Assembly (NCBI RefSeq): GCF_020745735.1
Contig: NC_083406.1
Coordinates: forward strand, 74,625,164-74,689,163
Direction of reading: 5' to 3'
DNA length: 64,000 bases
Origin: Hemiscyllium ocellatum
Taxonomy: Eukaryota
Both the position numbers and the translations under genes were made by a program. This document shows positions 26,151 to 39,179 of this stretch, in pieces; the first letter of the stretch is position 1; the number at the start of each line of letters is the position of its first letter. The notes under the pieces are model-generated. The model was not told the origin of the DNA and did no database searches. It saw only the letters and a program-made list of their open reading frames with translations.

Positions 26151-26574
26151 TTTAGTACTAATAGTTTTTTTTTAAAGTACACATTCCCTTGCGAATGTAA
26201 TTGACCTAAATTCCTCTCTTTCACTTCTTGAATTACAAGTATTTATGGGATGTTATTTGTATCCTCTGCAATGGAAACATGCAAAATGTTTGTTTAATAC
26301 ATTTGCTACTTCCTGGTTCATTAATAATTCCCAGACTCACTCAAGAGTAGCACGACTCGCTTTGCTTTTCTTTCTTGTCAAGATGAGTATAACCTTTGTA
26401 CATTTAAAAGATCGCTGTGGAAATTTTTAAACAATGTATCTGTCAACAAAACAAGGCAGAAGATTTTAATATTTTGGGGAGGGCAGTGATTGAAATATGA
26501 ACTGTTACGTTGAGGCTTATTTCAGTAAGATGTATTAATTAAGTTGAAATTATTACACAAACACAGGCCATTGG

Positions 26575-27196
26575 ACTGTACATTGGGGAGACTGGGCGCC
26601 TCCTAGCAGAGCGCTTTAGGGAACATCTCCGAGACACCTGCACCAAACAACTACACCGCCCTGTGGCCCAACATTTCAACTCTCCCTCCCACTCTGTTGA
26701 GGACATGGAGGTCCTGGGCCTCCTTCACCGCCGCTCCCTCACCACCAGACGCTTGGAGGAAGAACGCCTCATCTTCTGCCTCGGAACACTTCAACCCCAG
26801 GGCATCAATGTGAACTTTAACAGCTTCCTCTTTTCCCCTTCCCCTACCTCATCCTAGTTTCAAACTTCCAGCTCAGCACTGTCCCCATGACTTGTCCGGA
26901 CTTGTCCAACCTGCCTAGCTCCTTTTCCACCTATCCACTCCACCCTCTCCTCCCTGACCTATCACCTTCATCTCCTCCCCAACTCACCCATTGTACTCTA
27001 TGCTACGCTCTCCCCACCCCCACCCTCCCCTAGCCTATCTCTCCACGCTTCAGGCTCACTGCCTTCATTCCTGATGAAGGGCTTTTGCCCGAAACGTCAA
27101 TTTTGCTGCTCGTTGGATGCTGCCTGAACTGCTGTGCTCTTCCACCACCACTGATCCAGAATCTGGTTTCCAGCATCTGCAGTCATTGTTTTTACC
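26575..27196 (+). mobile_element. Penelope-like element 3' part: GIY-YIG endonuclease C-terminus, 3' UTR/pLTR and hammerhead motif
   Basis: LYIGETGRLLAERFREHLRD...VAQHFNSPSH...EERLIFCLGTLQPQGINVNF open to 26857; CTGATGAAGGGCttttGCCCGAAACGTC at 27071-27098. Confidence 0.9.
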
Positions 27197-27314
27197 AACC
27201 AGTATATGTCTATGGTTATGTTAGATTCAAGCCACTTTCTTGCTTTTCCTGGTGCATTGGTTAGAAAGAACTTAGATATTGATAAGAAAAAGAACATCTT
27301 GCCAAAGCATTTCA

Positions 27315-27965
27315 TCTTCCAAAAAGCATTTGGTAATGTACCAGACATTAGGCTACTCTATAAAATAACAGTCCATGGTGCTGGAGGTAGTGTATCAACA
27401 TGGATGGGCTAACATGGATAGCAGAGAATTGGCTAACTGATAGCCAATTGGGATAAGCATGGGATATTCAGGACAACAGCCACTAATTAGTGGTGTGTCA
27501 CAGGGATCAGTGCTGGAACCACAATTATTCATAAGTTATATTAATGATTTGGGTGAGGAAAGTGAAAATTCTATAGCCAAGTTTGCAGATGATACAAAAA
27601 TAGTTGGGAAATTAAATAGTGAGGAGGGAGAGTCTACAGAGGGACATAGACAGGTTAAGTGAGTGGGCAAAATTTGACAGATGGAATATAATGTGGGTAA
27701 AAATGAGATTATGCAATTTCTTTGGTCAAAATAATAGAAGAGCCATATATTATTTAAATGGGGAGAGACTGAAGAAGGCTGCAGCACAGAGGAATTGATG
27801 GGTCCTTATGCATGAATCACAAAAAGAAGGCATCCAAGTTCAGCAGGTAATGGGAAATGTAAGTGGAGTCTTTGGTCTTTATTTCAAAGGGCATGGACTA
27901 TAAAAAAAAGGAAGATCTTGCTAAAACCAGATACGGAACTTGTCAGACAACACCTGGAACATTAT
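27315..27965 (+). mobile_element. CR1-group LINE RT fragment
   Basis: SGVSQGSVLEPQLFISYINDL...AKFADDTKI. Confidence 0.85.
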
Positions 27966-28329
27966 GAGCAAAAACAAAAACCGAAGTTGCTGGGAAAATT
28001 CAACAGGTCTGGTATCATCTGTGGAAAGAAAGTAGATGAAACGTTTCGGGTTCAGGTGAATCTTCTTCAGAACAGTCTTCAAACATGGCTGCAGAGATGT
28101 GCTGTTTGATATGATTCATTAGTCTTTGGGACTTATGGCCTATATTCTAACATCACAGGCATTGAAATTTACATACAACATTACTCATTCGTTTGATAGG
28201 TAGAGTGTCTTACTGACTTAATGACAGCATCCTGTTAGTGGCAAACATTTGTTCCTCAAAGTTTTGAGTTACCTTACCCTCACAGAGTAATCTAAGGTTC
28301 ACTTGACACTTTTTGAGACAAAGAGTGAC

Positions 28330-29640
28330 AACCATAGGCCCGATAATGAATGTGAGTAAACTATAATTTGTCTAGCTTCCTCTTAAATGCATCTATAGTG
28401 TTTGTTATAACCACCCCATTTGGTAACAAGTTCCACATTTCAGTACTTTCTTAGTGAAAGTGTTTGTTTGGAATTCACCTTTGTATTTGTACTCTCAGAT
28501 CTAATTCTAGTTCTTTTTCCACCCTTCCTTGACTTGCACCTTCCAAATAAGTAGGGAGTGATCTCCCTACTTATCCAACCAAACTCTACCTCCTCACATT
28601 GTGTCCTTGTGTCACAGTTCTCTTCAGTCTTGACTTTCTCTCACAATTTGGTGAAATCCACAAATTTAGAAATGATGTGTTGAGCTCCAAGTTCAAATCA
28701 TTAATGTAAATTGTGAACAGCAGTGATCCCAGCCTGACCCTTATGGAACACCACTTCCCATTTCTAGTCATTGTGAATAATCATATTTTTAATTCCACTC
28801 TCTGCTTTGTCTTGAATCCAAGTGGCAATTTGTTCTGTTACTTGTCCCACACTTTTTGATCATTTTAATTTATTACATGATATATTTTCAAAGGCCTTAG
28901 GAAAATTCTGATAAATTACATTTATTGAACTAGCATTATCTACTACACTGTACCTTCTCAAGACATTCAGTGAGGTTAGTCAACACAAATGTTTTTTGAA
29001 ATCCAGGCTAAGTGTTTATATTTTTATTTCTATTCTAAATATTTTTTTGATTTTCTCCTTTCCTAGGAATTACATTATTTTTCCCCCTGTTGATGTTACG
29101 CAGACTGTCCTATAGTTCCTGGACATGTTCTGTCTTCCTTCTTAAATATGAAAATTATGTTAGCTATAAGCTGGCCATCTGACACTACACATTTTCCTGA
29201 TGAACTATTAAATATTTGTAATAATGCCATCTATTCCACTTTTGTTTAGGTATGTTTAAAATTTGTCATTTTAATTATGAACAGAGACTGGATCAACAGA
29301 GATTATTTTTTCAGGAGACTTATGGAGGGTATAGACAGTGTAGACAGGAAAACACATTTCCGCTTGGTGGCGGAATTAATGATTGGAAGTATAGAATTAA
29401 ATTAAGGGTGAGGAGGTTTAGAGAGGATGTGTTTTCACCTGGGGGTAGTGGGACTGATTGCCTGGAAGGATGATGGAGACAAAAAACATAACATTTAAGA
29501 CATATTTAGATATGGACTTGCAATGCCAAGGTAAGGCCATGATGCAAGAGCTGGAAAATGGGATAAGAATAGTTAAGTAGTTGTTTTGGATAGGTGCAGA
29601 CTTGATGGGCTGATGCACATTTTTATGGCTCTATGACTGT
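28330..29640. mobile_element. Decayed CR1-group fragments (minus ~28330-29230; plus 3' end ~29260-29640)
   Basis: LGSLLFTIYINDL on minus; CR1 3' tail ggtgcagacttgatgggctga...ctatgact on plus. Confidence 0.6.
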
Positions 29641-29676
29641 AATCCATCTGGACCAGATTTTTATCCTCTTACAAAT

Positions 29677-29937
29677 GGGTGGCATGGTGGCTCACAGCAC
29701 CAGGGTTGCTGGTTCAATTCCAACCTTGGGTGACTGTCTGTGTGGAGTTTGCACATTCTCCCCATGTCTGCATGGGTTACCTCCCAAGTCTGAAGATGTG
29801 CAGGTCAGTTGAATTGGCCATGCTAAATTGCCCATAGTATTAGGTGCATTAGTCCGAGGGAAATGGGGTCTGGGTGGGTTACTCTTCGTTGGGTTGGGCC
29901 AAAGGGCCTGTTTCCATACTGTAGAGAATCTAATCTA
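29677..29937 (+). mobile_element. HE1/V-SINE-type SINE
   Basis: gggtggcatggtggctca...ggttcaattcc...gtggagtttgcacattctcccc...aatctaatct. Confidence 0.9.
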
Positions 29938-30162
29938 AACTTGTTCAGCTTATCAAAACAATAATAAGTGCAATTATCTTGCACATTTCGTAATTCAGTG
30001 TCATATTGTTTTATTTCTTTGGTAAATAGCAAAGCAAAAGAATTATTTAATTTTTCTATCCTCTCTCTATTGTTACCCTTCTTGCAATATCAGATCTAGG
30101 ACCCTTGATGGTCCTATTCCCACACAATTGATGTACCTGTAAAATATTTTACTATGCAGTTT

Positions 30163-30471
30163 TATTAGATTACTTACAGTGTGGAAACAGGCCCTTCGGC
30201 CCAACAAGTCCACACCGACCCGCCGAAGCGCAACCCACCCATACCCCTACATACACCCCTTACCTAACACTACGTGCAATTTAGCATGGCCAATTCACCT
30301 GACCCGCACATCTTTGGACTGTGGGAGGAAACCGGAGCCCCCGGAGGAAACCCACGCAGACACGGGGAGAATGTGCAAACTCCACACAGTCAGTCGCCTG
30401 AGGTGGGAATTGAACCCAGGTCCCTGGCGCTGTGAGGCAGCAGTGCTAACCACTGTGCCACCGTGCCGCCC
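30163..30471 (-). mobile_element. Young, full-length HE1/V-SINE-type SINE
   Basis: Minus strand gggcggcacggtggcacagtggttagc (A box)...ggttcaattcc (B box); CpGs retained. Confidence 0.92.
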
Positions 30472-33400
30472 TACATTCCTTAATAATTTATTTTAATTTA
30501 TTATTCTACTTTGCTTTCTTAATGCTTTTTAGACTTGTTTCCTTTTCCCTTTGTATTGTCTCTCATTCACTCCTTTGCTGTCTATGTTCTTAATACACAC
30601 TTCTTTTCTAAAGATCTGATGTTCCCTAATGTTGATCTTCATCCACTGAGTTTTATTACTGTTTAGACCATTCCTTTTAACAGAATATCTTTTTTGTTAC
30701 TTTTCTTTCTTTATGTATTAATATTTTTCCTGGAGACCTTTAAGGGAATGAAGCTGCTCAGAGATTTAATGCAGGAAATTAATATTTTCCTGTTGAAAAT
30801 AGTATTGGAGTATAGCTTTAAAAATTCAAATAAAATTCTTTCCCTCCAGAATTATTACAGAAACAACTTATTGTCTTGCCATTTCAGTGAATTTTACACA
30901 ATGAATTCTTTGACTTAGAACTTCTCCCATACAAAGTAGTCCATTAAATCATGCATGCATTTCTCACGCCCTTTGCTCTAACCAGACATTAAAGTAAACT
31001 TGTTGAACATTCCAGATAATTTTCTGTTTCATATCAAGTTTGTCCTTGTCAGAAGGGCCCGCACTTCAAATGTTCAGCTGAACATATTTCCTTCTGACAT
31101 TCCAGATGGATAGTCTAGTTTTAAAATGTTTTACAAAACAAATGCCTGTCTTCCAAAAGATGACTGTTTATTTCTTATCCTTCCTTTATTAAATCTCTTG
31201 CTGAAATTCTACAGGGAAAGAAAACCTGAATTTTAACTTATAACATTCATTTGCTTCACATATAGCAACTGACAATGAATATATTAAACTAGTAGAGTAA
31301 TGAACTACATATGTTTAGAAGCCTGATACTCATGAACAGTGCAAACATAGCTACAGTATTGCTGACTTTGCAACACACGAAGTGAGGTCACCACTGAAAC
31401 TGTTCAAATAACAAAACACTCTTTGTACCACATGAGTGCAGCTTTCTCTTTGTATACATAACATCACTGTTTAATGGCATGTTTACAATACAAACCTTGG
31501 TTATCTTGTAGTTTGACTTAGAAAAAAGTTGAAAATCATTACACAGCTGGCCTACGTTATGATTAATATCCAAACGCTTGGAGGAGTTTTAAATGTACTC
31601 ATTAGTGCTATAACACAGATTTAATTTGTTAACCATTTAGAAATATAATTTGTAACCATAATCTGGAAAGCCTACAGATGTTCCTTCATCCATTTTGCTT
31701 TTATTTGCCTGTAATCAATCACAGATGTTATTGTTTAACAAAATATTTTTATCTTCAATTCCCCTCAAGATATTTTATGATTAGTTATGTTATTAAAAAT
31801 ACATAAATGTTTGGATGTTTATGTAATTTTACCTTCCTTAGGATGTGCAGTTTCTATTAGAAGTTCTGAAGTAACCGGGATAGGGATTTTAATGTCAGTT
31901 TTCTGAAATAGAAATCACACCACACACATGAATGTGAATCAGTGGCCATTGTTTCTCCCAGGACTTATTTCCAGGTGTTCAATGGAAATACTTTAAGAAT
32001 TACTGACCATTTCAAACAAAAAAAAAGCCATATCCACCATGAATCAATAAATCTGCTGCTAAAGCTCTGTACAGGATTTGTCAATAAAATAGATACTTTT
32101 TCTATTTTATAAATGTTTTACCTTATGACAGAAAGTTGAATACGTTTTCATTTCTGTCACATTGACTTCCATAACAAGTGCATTGTGAATCAATGTCAGC
32201 AATTCTAAGTTCAACAACATTCAGTCAATAAAAATGGTGTGATTCCTTTTTTGGTAATATGTGATTTCCTTTTAACCCGGCAACAAAAATGTTGGAGTTT
32301 TGAATTTAGATACATTTCAAAATTAAAACATTTCTAACCATTTCCTTGGGGACATTATCATGACAAATTCCAAATCGTGAAATGAGAAACAGATTGTGGG
32401 AGTGAAAAAACTATCTGCTTGAAAAGACTAATTGAGTTAAACAATAAATGACCCTGGGATTTCAAAAATTCAACACACAGTACACTGCCCAATTTCTAGG
32501 CAAGCACTCAAAAAATCTTCTTATATCAGCCAGTAAATGAGAACAGATGTCAGTTTTTCACTCTGCACAAGGAAGAGGGAGATTTTGCCTTCATTAGTCT
32601 AGCGTGAATAGTGGTGAGAAAGGTGTGAAAATATGGAATGAATAGAAATATCTGATTCATGAGATCGAGAGAAATGTTTCCAATTGACTCCTTCAAGTCA
32701 TGAATTGTGAATTCAGAATCTTGCCATTGAATTGCAATTACCTTTTTTCTATGTATTTCCACATCCATCGTAACCCCAACTTCTCTGTCCAATTCTCTTC
32801 TTTGAGAAACTAGACTGTGAATTCTTGAAATGTAAATCAGAACAGGTAGTTGATAGCTTCTCCTGCTATAATTCAACTGCTTTTTCACAACAAAAATCAC
32901 TGCATGCTCCACGGTCTCAATCTTCCTCGACCCTTTATTCACACAAGTTGGCAGTGACAAGCCACAGCCATACCACATCACCATGCTTCTTCGACTAGTT
33001 TAACAAATATTTCATCCCTTCCATGCTTTACTTTAAAGCTCAGGAACATCAATGACTTGCATGATTCTGCCAGGTCACTTTGCATACAAGAATGCACAGG
33101 CCTCTCATGTTTTACAATTTGTTTTCAGTTTGTTTTCTTAGCACTTGATCACAATACTACTTACTTGAAGACTGACAGCCCCTGTACATTTCATTTTGGT
33201 TTTCTGGTTCTCACTCACTGACATCAGCCCTGAGTTAGAGCCTACCAGATTCTGTGGCACACATTGCCTTTTAACAACGAAACACTTAGTTTTGGGGAGC
33301 ACTGAATAGTCAGTCTAACAGTTAAATAGTAGGTGAACATTTGCTGTACAGCACCAGGCTACATCAGCAGCAGACCTGCAGAATAGGTCAATGATGTGTG

Positions 33401-33749
33401 AAGGTTAAGGCGGAGTCATCCATTATGGTCAGTCCAGAGGTACCTCCATAGTCATTCAACGGGCTCACCAATTACATTACAGAGGATTGGTCATGGTCAG
33501 TCAGGGGCATGGCCTTACCAGTATCTGGGAACTATGTCCATGCAGTCAGGGAATTGGGCCATGGCCAGTCTTTCAGCTCAATTGCAAGCAGTCCAGGGAT
33601 TACAGATAGATCACCTGAGTGCTGCTGAGACATCAGTCTGGGGAACTGGCCAATTTTTCCTGTATTGAGTATGATGGGAGAGCAAATAGTGGTGATGATG
33701 AAGAGAAGAGATGGTGATACATCCCCAGTGAGTGAGTAGAGGGAAGAAA

Positions 33750-34040
33750 GGGTTAAGAGTTGAAAAGTGTGGCACTGGAAAAGCACAACAGGTCAGGCAG
33801 CATCAGGAGCAGGACAGTCAACATTTGGGTATAAGACCCTTCATCAGGATGAAAATGCGTTGCTGGAAAAGCGCAGCAGGTCAGGCAGCATCCAAGGAAC
33901 AGGACAATCGACGTTTCATGCTCGAAATGTCAATTCTCCTGCTCCTTGGATGCTGCCTGACCTGCTGCGCTTTTCAAGCAACACATTTTCAGCTCTGATC
34001 TCCAGCATCTGCAGTCCTCACTTTCTCCTTCATCAGGATG
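33750..34040. mobile_element. Nested PLE-derived short elements: a younger palindromic copy (33852-34026) inserted in an older copy
   Basis: 14-bp direct repeat ccttcatcaggatg at 33838-33851 and 34027-34040; inverted arms tgaaaatgcgttgctggaaaagcgcagc / gctgcgcttttcaagcaacacattttca. Confidence 0.85.
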
Positions 34041-34249
34041 CCCACCTTGAAGAAGTTCTCCTCCATCTCTCAGTCCTTATTTTCTCTCAGGAAGGGTTGG
34101 GTGAGAGCTATTGAATGGACATGATACAGACAATTCCTAGGGTGGTATTCTGTGAGATGTGTGCACACTGGCAGAGTTAGGGACAGTGTATGTCATGTAA
34201 GTGTGATGTAACAGAAAGAATATGGTAACAGAGAGAAGATGGAAGCTCA

Positions 34250-34467
34250 TTGCGTAACACAGAACATCATTGACCTTCTTTCTACACTGTCGAGTGTTCC
34301 TTTTGCTTGAGACATAGGAGGTCACAACACCATACACAAACTGCTGAGGCAGTCAACTGGAAAGAGGACAGCCTCCTCTCCACCACTCTGCCCACCAGCA
34401 CCTCTTCTCCCTGTTCACAAAAAACAGGAGGAGAACTTTCTTTTCTCTGGGCTACATGCTCAATCAT
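34250..34467 (-). pseudogene. Second decayed Myb/SANT-like remnant (Harbinger-type)
   Basis: Frameshifted pieces RKESSPPVFCEQGEEVLVGRVVERRLSSF and VTSYVSSKRNTRQCRKKVNDVL. Confidence 0.6.
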
Positions 34468-35210
34468 AACAGTCGAGCTTCACAGTGTGAGAGACAGTTT
34501 CTTGCTTGTAGTGTCTGAAGTAGTGTGCAGCCGGACTTTAAATATAATGCTATGGACAAGTACATTGGAGGGGCCCAGGAGAGGCTCTTTGGCTGCTTAA
34601 TTCCCCAAAAACGACAGCATTATTAATAAGGTGAAGGAGGGAGATTTGTGTGAGAAAGGTTGCTCTGAGCCATGGTGGACCAGGGACCATGAATCGCACA
34701 CTTTAATTGCAAACAGAAAAATTCCATCCAAATGTTTCATTTTTGATACATAAGAATTGAACCACATAAATCAAACTGTTGTTCTCAGCTTGTATTGGAA
34801 TGACCATCCAGTCTTGTACTCTCTTCTGGCCCTGCACGTTACAGGAATTGCAAATTTTGTTGTCAACTGAGCCCTGAAACACACAAGATGAAAAATACAT
34901 ACCATGGTTATCACCAATTATTAAGAATTCTTAGCACATCAAATCTAGTCATTGATTGCTGTTTTATCAGCACTTTGAGTTGGTACAAAGCTATTTAAAG
35001 AATGCAATATTGCATTTATATGGCATGCACATTCTCATTTGATCCCAGAATGCACAAAATCAATCAATTTATAACACCACCATGGTACCTTCTTATCATT
35101 CTTGGATTTTCTGTGAATGCAGGAATCTCCAAGATGGTGCTAAACCAAGATTCAGAAGTACTCAGGTAGTTTATTGAATCTTCTGAATAGCTTAACAGTT
35201 TGTTGTGGAG

Positions 35211-38200
35211 TTAAGACCATAAGACATAGGAGTGGAAGTAAGGCCATTCAGCCCAGCGAGTCCACTCCGCCATTCAATCATGGCTGATGGACATTTCAAC
35301 TCCACTTACCCGCATTCTCCCCGTAGCCCTGAATTCCTCAAGACATCAAGAATCTATCAATCTCTGCCTTGAAGATGTTTAGCGTCCCGGCCTCCACTGC
35401 ACTCTTCGGCAATGAATTCCACAGGCCCACCACTCTCTGGCTGAAGAAATGTCTCCGCATTTCTGTTCTGAATTGACCCCCTTTAATTTTAAGGTTGTGT
35501 CCACGGGTCCTAGTCTCCTCGCCTAACGGAAACAATTTCCTAGCATCCACCCTTTCCAAGCCATGTATTATCTTGTAAGTTTCTATTAAGTCTCCCCTTA
35601 ATCTTCTAAACTCCAATAAATACAATCCCAGGATCCTCAGTTGTTTCTTGTATGTTAGACCAACCATTCCAGGGATCATCCGTGTGAATCTCTGCTGGAC
35701 ACGTTCCAGTGCCAGTATGTCCTTCCTGAGGTGTGGTGACAAAAACTGGACACAGTACTCCAAATGGGGCCTAACCAGAGTATTATAAAGTCTCTGTAGC
35801 TCAATGGTGCTTTTATATTCCAACACTCTTAAGATAAATGACAACATTGCATTCGCTTTCTTAATCACGGACTCAGCCTGCATGTTTACCTTTAGAGAAT
35901 CTTTGACTAGCACTCCCAGATCCCTTTGTACTTTGGCTTTATGAATTTTCTCACCATTTAGAAAGTAGTCTATGCTTTTATTCTTTTTTCCAAAGTGCAA
36001 GACCTCGCATTTGCTCATGTTGAATTCCATCAGCCATTTCCTGGACCACTCTCCCAAACTGTCTAGATCCTTCTGCAGCCTCCCCACTTCCTCAGTACTA
36101 CCTGCCTATCCACCTAACTTCGTATCGTCGGCAAACTTCGCTAGAATGCCCCCAGTCCCTTCATCCAGATCATTAATATATAATGTGAACAGCTGCGGCC
36201 CCAACACTGAACCCTGCGGGACACCGCTTGTCAACAGCTGCCATTCCGAAAAAGAACCTTTTATCCCAACTCTCTGCCTTCTGTCAGACAGCCAATCCTC
36301 AATCCATACCAGTAGCTCACCTCGAACACCATGGGCCCTCCCCTTGCTCAGCAGCCTCCCGTGTGGCACCTTATCAAAGGCCTTTTGGAAGTCTAGATAG
36401 ACCACATCCACTGGGTTTTCCTGGTCTAACCTACTTGTCACCTCTTCAAAGAATTCCAACAGGTTTGTCAGGCATGACCTCCCCTTACTAAATCCATGTT
36501 GACTTGTTTTAATCAGACTCTGCTCTTCCAAGAATTCAGAAACCTCATCCTTAATGATGGATTCTAGAATTTTATCAATAACTGAGGTTAGGCTAATTGG
36601 CTTATAATTTTCCATCTTTTGTCTTGATCCTTTCTTGAACAAGGGGGTTACAACATCGATCTTCCAATCATCCGGGAGTTTCCCTGACTCCAGTGACTCT
36701 TGAAAGATCTCAACCAATACCTCTGCTATTTCCTCAGCCACTTCTCTCAGAACTCTATGATATATCCCATTGGGGCCAGGAGATTTATCAATTTTAAGAC
36801 CTTTTAGCTTTTCTAGCAGTTTCTCTTTTGTAACGGCAACCATACTCAACTCAGCCCCTGACTCCCTTTAATTGTTGGGATATTATTCATGTCTTCCACT
36901 GTGAAAACTGACGCAAAGTACTTGTTAAGTTCTCCTGCTATTTCCTTATCTCCCATCACTAGACTTCCAGCATCAGTTTGAAGTGGCCCAATATCTACTT
37001 TTGCCTGTCATTTGTTTCTTATGTGTTGAAAGAAACTTTTACTATCATTTCTAATATTACTGGCTAGCCTACCTTCATATTTGATCCTTCCTTCCTTATT
37101 TCTCTCTTTGTTATCCTCTGTTTGTTTTTGTAGCCTTCCCAATCTTCTGATTTCCCACTGCTCTTGGCCACTTTATAGGATCTCTCTTTTTCTTTAATAC
37201 ATTTCCTGACTTCCTTTTGTCAGCCATGGCTGTCTAATCCCTCCCCGGATAATCTTTTCTTGGGAATGAACCTCTGTACAGTGTCCTCAATTATACCCAC
37301 AAACTCCTGCCATTTTTGCTCTACTGTCTTCCCCGCTAGGCTCTGCTTCCAGTCTATTTTAGTCAGTTCCTCTCTCATGCCCTCATAATTACCTTTATTT
37401 AACTGTAACACCATTACATCTGATTTTGCCTTCTCTCTTTCAAACTGCAGACTGAACTCTACCATATTATGATTGCTGCTTCCTTAGGGTTCCCTTACTT
37501 TAAGATCTTTTATAAAGTTGGTTCATTACAAAGCACTAGGTCCAGAATAGCCTGCTCCCTTGTGGGCTCCATGACAAGCTGTTCCAAAAAGCCATCCTGT
37601 AAGCATTCCATGAATTCCCTTTCTTTGGATCCACTGGCAACATTATTTACCCAGTCCACCTGCATATTGAAGTCCCCCATGATCACTGTGACCTTGCCTT
37701 TCTGACATGCCTTCTCTATTTCCCGGTACATATTGTGTCCCTGGTCCTGACCACTGTTAGGAGGTCTGTACACAACTCTAATTATGATTTTTTTGCCTTT
37801 GTGGTTCCTCAATTCCACCCACACAGACTCCACATCATCCGACGCTATGTCATTCAGTGCCATAGATTTAATTTTGTTCTTAACTAACAAGGCAACCCCA
37901 CCCCCTCTGCCCATCTCCCTGTCTTTTCGATAAGTTGAAAATCCTTGGAGGTTTAACTGCCAGTCCTGACCCCCCGTAACCATGTCTCTGTGATGCCTAC
38001 CACATCATAATCATTCACTATGATCTGTGCCATTAGTTCATCTGCTTTGTTATGAATGCTACGAGCATTCAGGTAAAGTGCCTTAATGCTAACTTTATCA
38101 TTCGAGATATTGGAAGTCATAAGATGTCCTAAGTTATCCTTCCTTTTTGCTGCATTCCCAGTCTGCCTCAAGTTTAGATCTGCTGCAATTATGCTATTCT

Positions 38201-38265
38201 GTTGCTTATCTTTCCATGTAACTCCATACTCCCTGTCGCTTTCACTTTCCCTTCCCCCCAACTCA
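35211..38265 (-). mobile_element. Relatively young CR1-group LINE covering most of ORF2 (APE endonuclease + RT) and the 3' end; disrupted by a few stops/frameshifts
   Basis: LYLNARSI...VGITETWL, GGGVALLVK, VYRPPNS, MGDFN (APE); [45 protein letters not shown] (RT); 3' tail at 35211. Confidence 0.95.
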
Positions 38266-39179
38266 GAGTTAACTCATACTTACAAGAAAATAGAAACTGT
38301 CACCTGCTGCTTCTGAACAACATTATAGGTAGATTTCTTGAAGTGGTCCCAGATGAGGTAAAACTATAAATCTTATCATCATAGAGATCTACAGCATAGA
38401 AAAAGGTCCTTGAGCTCATCATGCCTGTCCTGGTCAAAAACAACCTGATATATAAGTTGGTCTTTGAAGTCAAGTACATGCAGAACATTATTTTTGGAAC
38501 CATCTTATACATCACATTTTATGGTGAAGATATTTTTAAATCAACCTGTTTAAATGGTTTATTACACCTCTGGGTCTTCTGACTCAGGTAAGACATTACC
38601 ACTACACTACAAGAGTTCAATATTCTATGGCATGTGTTTGCTTGATAAGCACGTACAATCTCAAACAGTTAGGCAAACACAGGAATAGAAAAAATCATTT
38701 ATGCCCTTTCACTATTTAATGAGATCATCATTGATTGATATCCTATTTTCCTAATAAAGAACATTGTGCCTTTGACCCATATTCCTTAGGACTATCAATC
38801 CATCAAAGCTCTATCAATATCAGTATTAAAATTAGCAATTGCTCTATTAGTAACTGTTGCTTGTGGAAAATAATTTCAAACTTCTAATGCGCTTTGCAAG
38901 AACTTTCCCTAATTTCACTAAAAAAAAGGGACTGACTTTAACTTTTAGTCTGTGACCCGGTTGTCAACTTTGAAACTAATGGAAGTAGTTCCTCCCAAGC
39001 TTCCTGTAGGGTCCCCTTAATATCTTAATACCTGTAATGAAATCACCCTTTAACCTTTTAAATTTCATGAAATGCAACCTTTGTTTTGTTTAATGTTTCC
39101 TCAATGTTTAAACCTTGGAGTCGATCCATTATTCTAGTGTAGATGCATTGCCCTCTCTGCCAATCACTTTATAACTGTA

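Noticed and set aside
30400-30471. tRNA-like sequences with A/B boxes (also 10989, 23727, 29677, 42079)
   Set aside because: They are SINE heads continuing into SINE core and tail; no complete cloverleaf
32550-32984. 144-aa minus-strand ORF
   Set aside because: No recognisable domain or exon signals; consistent with chance
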